64,000 nucleotides of DNA from an uncultured Candidatus Binatia bacterium (GTDB taxonomy: Bacteria; Desulfobacterota; Binatia; UBA9968; JAJDTQ01): NCBI GenBank assembly GCA_965242525.1, contig OZ251459.1, forward strand, positions 3,296,001-3,360,000, in the 5' to 3' direction. Of this stretch, positions 57,274 through 64,000 are shown piece by piece. A program made the translations under genes and the position numbers. The notes beneath the pieces were generated by a model, which was not told the origin of the DNA, did not search any database, and saw only the letters and a list, made by a program, of their open reading frames with translations. Within the stretch, counting starts at the first letter, position 1; every line of letters begins with the position of its first letter.

Positions 57274-58152
57274 ATGGATTACTACGAGCCCAGGACCGTG
57301 AACGAGGCGCTTTCCCTCCTGGACCGGTACGGCGACCGAGCCGAGGTCATCGCCGGCGGCACCGACGTGATGGTGGATATCAAGTACAAGGACGAGCCGG
57401 GTTGCCTGGTGAACATCAAGCGCATCCCCGACCTGGACTCCATCCGGGAGAACGGCGGCGGCGTCCATATCGGTCCTTTGGCGACCATCCACGAGATCGA
57501 GGAGAGCGGCTTGGTGCGCGAGCGGCTGCCGCTGCTGTGGCAGGCGGCGCACCAGTTCGCCTCGCTCCAGATCCGCAACACCGCCACCATCGGCGGCAAC
57601 ATCTGCCGGGCCTCGCCTTCCGGCGAGACCTTGGCGCCGCTGCTGGTGCTCGAAGCCCGGGCGGAGATGGCCTTCCCGGACGGCGCGCGCACCGAACCCT
57701 TCCGCGACTTCTTCCGCGGCCCCGGCGAGACCAGCCTGGGGACCGGGGGCCTGCTCACGGGCGTCCACGTGCCGTTCCCGGAGGCGGGAAGCCGGGCCGT
57801 CTATCTCAAGCACGCGGTGCGCGGCCCCATGGACATCGCCATGGTGGGGGTCGCGGTGATGGCGGCGCCCAACGCGGACAAGACCGCCCTGGGCGACGTG
57901 CGCATCGGCCTGGGGGCGGTGGCGCCCACGCCCATCCGCGCCGCCCGGACCGAGGCGCTGGTGCGGGGCAAGGCCCCGGACGCCGCCCTGGTGAAGGAAG
58001 CGGGCGCCATGGCGGCTTCCGAATCGAGTCCCATTACCGACCAGCGCAGCAGCGGCGAGTACCGCGGCTGGATCGTGGAGGCCCTCACCCGCCGGGGGCT
58101 GGAGCAGTGCTGGCGCGCGATCACCACGGGCGGTCCCGAGGAGGTGGCATGA
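57274..58152 (+). CDS. Xanthine dehydrogenase-family FAD-binding subunit (CoxM-like)
   Basis: IAGGTD, QIRNTATIGGN, LGAVAPTP, YR. Confidence 0.9.
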   Translation: MDYYEPRTVNEALSLLDRYGDRAEVIAGGTDVMVDIKYKDEPGCLVNIKRIPDLDSIRENGGGVHIGPLATIHEIEESGLVRERLPLLWQAAHQFASLQIRNTATIGGNICRASPSGETLAPLLVLEARAEMAFPDGARTEPFRDFFRGPGETSLGTGGLLTGVHVPFPEAGSRAVYLKHAVRGPMDIAMVGVAVMAAPNADKTALGDVRIGLGAVAPTPIRAARTEALVRGKAPDAALVKEAGAMAASESSPITDQRSSGEYRGWIVEALTRRGLEQCWRAITTGGPEEVA

Positions 58153-58628
58153 TGAGCCTGGAGATTACCCTCACGGTCAACGGCAAGACCCATACGGCCG
58201 CGCTGGAGCCCGCCGCGGCGCTGGTGGACTTCCTGCGCGACACCCTGGGCTACAAGGGCGTCAAGCTCTGCTGCAACACCGGGGAATGCGGCGCGTGCAC
58301 CATCCTCATGGACGGCAAGCCGGTGAACTCCTGCGTGGTGCTGGGAGCGGACGCCGCGGGCGCCGACATCGTCACGGTGGAGGGCATCGCCGATGGCGAC
58401 CGGCTCCACCCGGTGCAGCAGGCGTTCATCGACACCGGCGCGGTGCAGTGCGGCTACTGCACGCCGGGCTTCATCGTGTCGGTCAAGGCGCTGCTCGACC
58501 GCTCGCCGCACCCCTCCGCGGAGGAGGTGGAGGAGGCCATCTCCGGCAACATCTGCCGGTGCACGGGCTACACCAAGATCTTCGACGCCGTGGAGCTGGC
58601 CGCCAAGCAACTCGAGGGAAGGAGTTAG
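58149..58628 (+). CDS. Xanthine dehydrogenase-family 2Fe-2S subunit (CoxS-like)
   Basis: C..GECGACT, QCGYCTPG, GNICRCTGY. Confidence 0.93.
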   Translation: MMSLEITLTVNGKTHTAALEPAAALVDFLRDTLGYKGVKLCCNTGECGACTILMDGKPVNSCVVLGADAAGADIVTVEGIADGDRLHPVQQAFIDTGAVQCGYCTPGFIVSVKALLDRSPHPSAEEVEEAISGNICRCTGYTKIFDAVELAAKQLEGRS

Positions 58629-58633
58629 GAGCC

Positions 58634-60919
58634 ATGGCAAAGGCTGCACACACGGTCCTGGGGACCAACATGCCCCGCATGGGCGGGGTGGAGCGCGTGG
58701 TGGGCAAGGGCATCTACGGCATCGACCTGAACCTCCCCGACGCCCTCCACGGCGGAGTGCTGCGGAGCGCGCACGCCCACGCCAGGATCGTCCGCATCGA
58801 CACCGGTGCGGCCAAGGCGCTGCCCGGGGTGCGCGCGGTGGTGACCGCGGCGGACGCGCCGGACGTGCGCTACGGCCGCTCCTACATCGACCGCTACATC
58901 CTCGCCCGGGACCGGGTGCGCTACATGGGCGACCCGGTGGCCGCGGTGGCCGCGGACAGCCCGGCCCTGGTCAGGGAGGCCCTCAGGAAGATCGAGGTGG
59001 TTTACGAGCCGCTGCCGGTGGTGGTGGACCCGGAAGCGGCCATGGAGCCGTCGGCGCCCACCATCCACGAGGACATGCCGCTGCCCAAGAACCTCCCGGA
59101 AGGCGCTCACGTGAAGAACGTGTGCGGCTACGCCCTCGTGGACATGGGCGACGCCGAAAAAGCCATGGCGGAAGCCGACTTGGTGGTGGAGGAGGCGTAC
59201 GAGACCAGGATGATCCACCCCCAGTACCTGGAGCCGCGCATCGCCGCGGCCCGGCCCGAGGAGGACGGGCGCATCACGGTGTGGGCCAACGCCCAGGCGC
59301 CGTTCCCGGTGCGCACGGAGGTCGCCTCCCTCCTGGGGTTGCCGCTGAACCGCGTGCGGGTCATCTCCACGGACATCGGCGGCGGCTTCGGCGGCAAGGG
59401 CAGCGGGGTCACCTCCAGCGCCGGGCTGGAGCCCGTGTGCGCGCTGCTGGCCCTGGCCGCGGGGCAGCCGGTGATGATCGTGCTGGACAAGGCCGAGGAG
59501 ACCGTCTCCACCACCATCCGGTCCGGCGCGAAGATGTGGATCAAGAGCGGCGTCCGGAAGGACGGCGCGCTGGTGGCCCGCCAGGGCAAGGTGGTGTACG
59601 ACGCCGGCGGCTACTCCGGCTTCGGCAACCAGGCCGGTGGCCGGTGCACCCAGATGGTGGGCGGCTGGTACCGGGTTCCCAACGTCCGCATGGAGGGCTA
59701 CACGGTCTATACCAACAAGCAGGTGTGCGGCCCGGTGCGCGGCCCGGGCGGCCCCCAGGCCGCGTTCGCCCTGGAGTCCCACATGGACTCCATCGCCGCC
59801 CGGCTGGGCATGGACCCCATCGAGTTCCGCCTGAAGAACGCGCCGCAAGCCGGGGACGGCATCGTCGGCGTTCCCAAGCTGCGGGACAGCTCTCTGGGCG
59901 AGACCCTGCGCATCGCCGCGGAGAAGATCGGCTGGGGCAAGGTGGAGTTGAAGGAGAACCAGGGCATCGGGTTCGCCACCGGCGCGTGGATCGAAGGCGC
60001 GGGTCCCGGCGGCGGCGCGGTGGTGAAGGTCAACGAGGACGGCTCGGCCACGGTGCACATCGGCAAGGTGGATTACGGCACCGCGGCCCGCTTCGGCATC
60101 CCCATGATCGTGGCCGAGGAGCTGGGCATCCCCACGGACGACGTCACCGTGCTGAACGTGGATACCGACGCCAGCCCCTGGGACGCCGGTACCGTGGGCA
60201 GCCGCTCCATGCTGGTGTCCGGCAACGCCGTCAAGCTCGCGGCCGAGGACGCTCGCAACCAGCTCCTGCGCATGGCCGCGTCGCAACTGGAAGCCAGCCC
60301 CGAGGACCTGGAGATCCGGGACCGGCAGATCCGGGTGAAGGGCACGCCGTCCCGGTCCGTGCCGCTGGCCTCGGTGGCCACCGCGGCCCACAACGAGATC
60401 GGCGACGTCATCGGCCGGGGCTACTTCGACTCCAAGGCGTCCCAGGCCGACGAACGCGCCCGCGGCAGCTCCCAGCCCTTCACCACCCACGCGGCCCTGG
60501 TGGAGGTGGACACGGACACCGGCAACGTGAAGGTGCTGAAGTACGTGGCCGTCCACGACGTGGGTTTCGTGGTCCACCCCAAGGCGGTGGACGGACAGAT
60601 CGAGGGCGCCGCGGCCATGAGCCTGGGCCAGGCGTTGTGCGAGCAGGTGGTGCACGACGACCTGGGGCGGACCCTGAACCCCACGTTCGTCGATTACCTG
60701 ATGCCGACCGTCAACATGCTGCCGCGCATCGAGGCGGTCACCGTGCCCGGCTATCCCGGGGCCGGACCCTACGGCACCAAGGGGGCCGGGGAGATCGGTT
60801 CGGTGCCGCCCATGGCCTGCATCGCCAACGCCATCCGCAACGCCACCGGAGTGCGCATCCACAAGCTGCCCCTGAGCCCCGAGAACGTGCTGCGGGCGCT
60901 CCGGGAAGCCGGGCAGTAG
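58634..60919 (+). CDS. Xanthine dehydrogenase-family molybdopterin-binding subunit
   Basis: GGGFGGK, RGPG, GTVGSRS, GQIEG, KGAGE. Confidence 0.92.
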   Translation: MAKAAHTVLGTNMPRMGGVERVVGKGIYGIDLNLPDALHGGVLRSAHAHARIVRIDTGAAKALPGVRAVVTAADAPDVRYGRSYIDRYILARDRVRYMGDPVAAVAADSPALVREALRKIEVVYEPLPVVVDPEAAMEPSAPTIHEDMPLPKNLPEGAHVKNVCGYALVDMGDAEKAMAEADLVVEEAYETRMIHPQYLEPRIAAARPEEDGRITVWANAQAPFPVRTEVASLLGLPLNRVRVISTDIGGGFGGKGSGVTSSAGLEPVCALLALAAGQPVMIVLDKAEETVSTTIRSGAKMWIKSGVRKDGALVARQGKVVYDAGGYSGFGNQAGGRCTQMVGGWYRVPNVRMEGYTVYTNKQVCGPVRGPGGPQAAFALESHMDSIAARLGMDPIEFRLKNAPQAGDGIVGVPKLRDSSLGETLRIAAEKIGWGKVELKENQGIGFATGAWIEGAGPGGGAVVKVNEDGSATVHIGKVDYGTAARFGIPMIVAEELGIPTDDVTVLNVDTDASPWDAGTVGSRSMLVSGNAVKLAAEDARNQLLRMAASQLEASPEDLEIRDRQIRVKGTPSRSVPLASVATAAHNEIGDVIGRGYFDSKASQADERARGSSQPFTTHAALVEVDTDTGNVKVLKYVAVHDVGFVVHPKAVDGQIEGAAAMSLGQALCEQVVHDDLGRTLNPTFVDYLMPTVNMLPRIEAVTVPGYPGAGPYGTKGAGEIGSVPPMACIANAIRNATGVRIHKLPLSPENVLRALREAGQ

Positions 60920-60956
60920 GCCCGCGGGCGAGCCCCGGGCGCGTGGCCCCTTGCCG

Positions 60957-62297
60957 ATGACGCGAACGCGCGGCGGCCCCTTCCGCCGGCTGTCGAAGCT
61001 CTACTACGGCTGGCGGATGGTGGGGCTGTTGTCCCTCATCCGCACCATCGGCGGCGGCGTCCACGGGTTCGGCTTCACCGTCTTCTTCCTGCCCGTCAGC
61101 GCCGAGTTGGGCATCAGCCGGGCGGCCACCTCCTTTGCCTTCTCCCTGGCCCGGGCCGAAGGGGCCATCGAGGGTCCGCTGGCGGGTTGGCTCATCGACC
61201 GCTTCGGCGCCAAGCCCGTCATCCTCACCGCCACGCTACTGTGCGGCGTGGGCTACCTCCTGCTCGCCGGCATCGACGGCTACGCCGGCTTCGTGGCGGT
61301 TTACGTCGGGGTGGTCTCCCTGGCTTTCATCCCGGGCTTCGTGCACGCCCCCGCGGTGCTCATCACCCGATGGTTCACCCGCTATCGCGCCCGGGCGTTG
61401 ACCTGCCTGAGCGCCGCCATGCCCATCGGCGGCGTCCTGGTCACGCCCCTGCTGGCGCTGGCCCTCCAGGCCTGGGGCTGGCGCACGGCCGCGGCGCTCA
61501 CGGGCTGCCTGTTCCTGGCGGCGGCAGCGCCGTTGACCCTGGGGATTCGCCCGTCGCCCGAGAGCATGGGCCTGCCCCCGGACGGGGACGGAGCGCCGCC
61601 GCCTGCCGCGGGACGGGGCGCGGCTCCGGGACGGTCCGCGCCGGAGTCCCGCCCGGAGCCGGACTACACCGTGCGCGGCGCCATGCGCACCTCGGTGTTC
61701 TGGCTGTTCGTCCTGTGGATGACCGCCCGGAGCGCCGCCTACACCATCGTCATCGTGCACTTCGTGCCGTTGATGGTGTGGAAGGGCATGACCGAGCAGG
61801 GCGCCGCGTTCCTGCTGTCGGGGTTCGCCTTCATGAACATCGTGGCCCACTTCGTCCTGGGGTGGATCGCCGACCGGACCAACAAGATGCGCTTGGTGAC
61901 CCGGTGCATGGCGCTCTCGTCCATCGCCGTCCTGCCGCTCCTGTGGACCGACGCCCTGTGGGGCTCGTTGCTGTTCGCGGCCCTGTTCTCCGTGCTGGAT
62001 GCGTCCATCCCGGTGGTGTGGGCCGCGGTGGGCGACTTCTTCGGGCGCAGACGCTTCGGCACCATCCGCGGGAACATGAGTTTCTTCTACATGTGGGGCA
62101 GCTTCGCCGGCCCCACCATGGCCGGCGTCATCTATGACCGGTACGGCAGCTACGCCGGCGTGCTGTGGTTGTTGCTGGGCCTGGTGGCGGTCTCCGGCGC
62201 GGCCACGGGCCGCCTGGTGGAGCCGTGGAGCCGTCTTGGCCGCGGCGCGGATGATCCGCACGGCACGGGCGCCGACCTGCCCAGCGTCGATGGCTGA
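60957..62297 (+). CDS. MFS transporter
   Basis: YYGW, GWLIDRFG, GWIADR, DFFG...FG; about 12 TM segments. Confidence 0.9.
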   Translation: MTRTRGGPFRRLSKLYYGWRMVGLLSLIRTIGGGVHGFGFTVFFLPVSAELGISRAATSFAFSLARAEGAIEGPLAGWLIDRFGAKPVILTATLLCGVGYLLLAGIDGYAGFVAVYVGVVSLAFIPGFVHAPAVLITRWFTRYRARALTCLSAAMPIGGVLVTPLLALALQAWGWRTAAALTGCLFLAAAAPLTLGIRPSPESMGLPPDGDGAPPPAAGRGAAPGRSAPESRPEPDYTVRGAMRTSVFWLFVLWMTARSAAYTIVIVHFVPLMVWKGMTEQGAAFLLSGFAFMNIVAHFVLGWIADRTNKMRLVTRCMALSSIAVLPLLWTDALWGSLLFAALFSVLDASIPVVWAAVGDFFGRRRFGTIRGNMSFFYMWGSFAGPTMAGVIYDRYGSYAGVLWLLLGLVAVSGAATGRLVEPWSRLGRGADDPHGTGADLPSVDG

Positions 62298-62320
62298 CCG
62301 CTGTCGGGAGCGAGGGGAAG

Positions 62321-62971
62321 ATGAACAGGCAGAAACGCACCGCCATCTACGGCCGCCTCCGGGAGCGCAACCCCCGTCCCGAGACCGAGCTCGACTGGGT
62401 GGATCCTTTCGAGTTGCTGGTGGCGGTGGTGCTGTCGGCCCAGGCCACGGACGTGGGCGTCAACAAGGCCACCGCGAAGTTGTTCCCGGCGGCCAACACG
62501 CCCGAACAGATCCTCGCGCTGGGGACCGACGGGCTCAAACGCTACATCCGCACCATCGGCCTCTTCAACAGCAAGGCCGAGAACATCATCAAGACCTGCC
62601 GCATCCTCATGGACCGGCACGCAGGCCAGGTCCCGCGCAGCCGCGAGGCCCTGGAGGCCCTGCCCGGCGTGGGCCGGAAGACCGCCAACGTCATCCTCAA
62701 CACCGCCTTCGGCCAACCCACCATCGCGGTGGACACCCACATCTTCCGCGTGGCCAACCGCACCCGCCTGGCCCGCGGCAAGACGCCCCTGGAAGTCGAG
62801 CAGCGCCTGACCCGCCTCACCCCCCCGGAGTTCCGCAAGGACGCCCACCACTGGCTCATCCTCCACGGCCGCTACGTCTGCAAGGCCCGCAAGCCCGAAT
62901 GCCCCACCTGCTTCCTCGCCGACCTGTGCGAGTTCCCGGACAAGACGCGAGAACCGGCGTCCGAGCCGTGA
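62321..62971 (+). CDS. nth: Endonuclease III
   Basis: VLSAQATD, LPGVGRKTANV, VDTH, C-x6-C-x2-C-x5-C cluster. Confidence 0.97.
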   Translation: MNRQKRTAIYGRLRERNPRPETELDWVDPFELLVAVVLSAQATDVGVNKATAKLFPAANTPEQILALGTDGLKRYIRTIGLFNSKAENIIKTCRILMDRHAGQVPRSREALEALPGVGRKTANVILNTAFGQPTIAVDTHIFRVANRTRLARGKTPLEVEQRLTRLTPPEFRKDAHHWLILHGRYVCKARKPECPTCFLADLCEFPDKTREPASEP

Positions 62972-62984
62972 CCGCTACGGGTGG

Positions 62985-63237
62985 GGTCCGATTTGGAAAC
63001 GGCTCAATCGGAAAGTGCGCCGAAAAATTTCTCCTTGTTTGAGAACCTCGCTCGATCTTCTTCGGTAGGTGGGTTACTCTGGTAGGGTGGACAGTGGTAG
63101 TAGTAGGTCCGCACGACGCTTGATCTCGCGGCTATTGCCGAAACGAAAGCCCCATAGTCGATTCGCTGTCTGTTGAAGTGGTCGTCGAGCAGCTTGTCGA
63201 TGTATCCCCCATCAAGAAAGACAACCGATCTGTCCAC
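62985..63237 (-). pseudogene. Truncated NYN-domain protein
   Basis: VFLDGGY, RTYYYHCPPYQS..PT.E; stop after ~77 codons with an apparent frameshift, and the rest is missing. Confidence 0.7.
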
Positions 63238-63266
63238 GAGGTGCGTCTCCTGTCGGCACGAAAAGG

Positions 63267-63292
63267 AGAGGGGTCCCTTGCAGGACCCCTCT
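63267..63292. other. Hairpin GAGAGGGGTCC-CTTGCA-GGACCCCTCTC upstream of the NYN remnant
   Basis: 11-bp perfect inverted repeat. Confidence 0.55.
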
Positions 63293-63566
63293 CTCATGAA
63301 AAGCCCGACATCCAGAGTGAACGCCGGGGGGTATAAACAGCGGCGTTTGCACGCCTGAAAGATAAGCTAAACCCACAGGCCGCTCGTGTCAAGACCCAAG
63401 GGGCGTCGTCCAGGATCTTGAGGTCGCCGGTTCATAGAGGGCGCCCAGCCGTTCGTGGCGAGGTTGTCCGTCTTGGCGCGGTTCTCCGCCACCGTGTTGG
63501 ATTCCGAGGACTTCCAAGCTATCCTGCTTTCTCAGTACCGACAGACTACCGCAGTGCTGACCCGCC

Positions 63567-64000
63567 ATGAACGAAGCCACAGCGCGCATCAAGATCAACA
63601 GACTGCTGGAAGCGGCCGGATGGCGGTTCTCCGACGAAGGAGACCATCGGGCCAACATCCGCCTCGAATCCGGCGTCACCATTGAACCGGCCGGTCTCGA
63701 CGCCCTCGGAGACAATTTCGAGAAAACCGCCCAAGGATTCATCGACTTCCTTTTGCTGGACGCCAAGGGATTCCCACTGATCGTTCTGGAGGCCAAGGCC
63801 GAGAACAAGAACCCGCTGGTAGGCAAGGAACAGGCGCGCAGGTACGCCCGCGCGCAGAACTGCCGTTTCGTGATCCTCTCCAACGGCAATCTGCACTACT
63901 TCTGGGATCTGGAACGCGGCAGCCCATACATCATCACCACGTTCCCCAGGCCGGAGTCGGTAACCGGCTATCGGGAAGTAACGCCCGACCCGCAGCGCTT
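63567..64000 (+). CDS. hsdR: Type I restriction enzyme R subunit, N-terminal part (runs off the window)
   Basis: MNEATARIKINRLLEAAGW, DFLL..LEAK, KEQARRYA, ILSNG (nuclease domain). Confidence 0.85.
   Translation, partial: MNEATARIKINRLLEAAGWRFSDEGDHRANIRLESGVTIEPAGLDALGDNFEKTAQGFIDFLLLDAKGFPLIVLEAKAENKNPLVGKEQARRYARAQNCRFVILSNGNLHYFWDLERGSPYIITTFPRPESVTGYREVTPDPQR

Noticed and set aside
57274-60919. Aerobic CO dehydrogenase (coxMSL)
   Set aside because: The large subunit lacks the AYxCSFR (form I) or AYxGAGR (form II) loop.

Overview
High-GC bacterial chromosomal window. The gene content and repeat style suggest a Deltaproteobacteria/Binatia-like, possibly sponge-associated organism (inference). 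Metabolic genes include glutamate dehydrogenase, a KamA-type radical SAM enzyme, a molybdopterin oxidoreductase, a rearranged yjbE-H-F-G (gfc) capsule-export operon, a myo-inositol ABC/iolCDEBG cluster, four amidohydrolase-superfamily genes plus an M20 amidohydrolase, a GrdE-like proprotein, a split TPP decarboxylase, a xanthine-dehydrogenase-family M-S-L trio, an MFS transporter and nth. Interspersed are many defence-like or mobile genes: a tandem AAA ATPase, two convergent AAA_14+DUF4143 ATPase-nucleases, a TM0106 nuclease, ParA, an ABC-ATPase + PD-(D/E)XK pair, Uma2, NYN/HicB/HsdR remnants and the start of a type I HsdR. The most notable non-coding structures are: (1) six 17-bp direct repeats at an exact 23-bp period whose 6-bp spacers form the -35/-10 hexamers of the promoter of an ATPase-nuclease gene; (2) a small GIY-YIG nuclease gene enclosed by about 250-bp inverted arms built from CGTC-type palindromes, plus a nuclease-less derivative with an 8-bp target duplication; (3) a second MITE family (about 9 copies) with IS-like ends wrapped around a different CGTC palindrome; (4) a 4.4-kb integrase-free island bounded by a 267-bp duplication of the iolG 3' end. 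No rRNA, tRNA or CRISPR array was recognised. All family calls come from motif recognition, not database searches.
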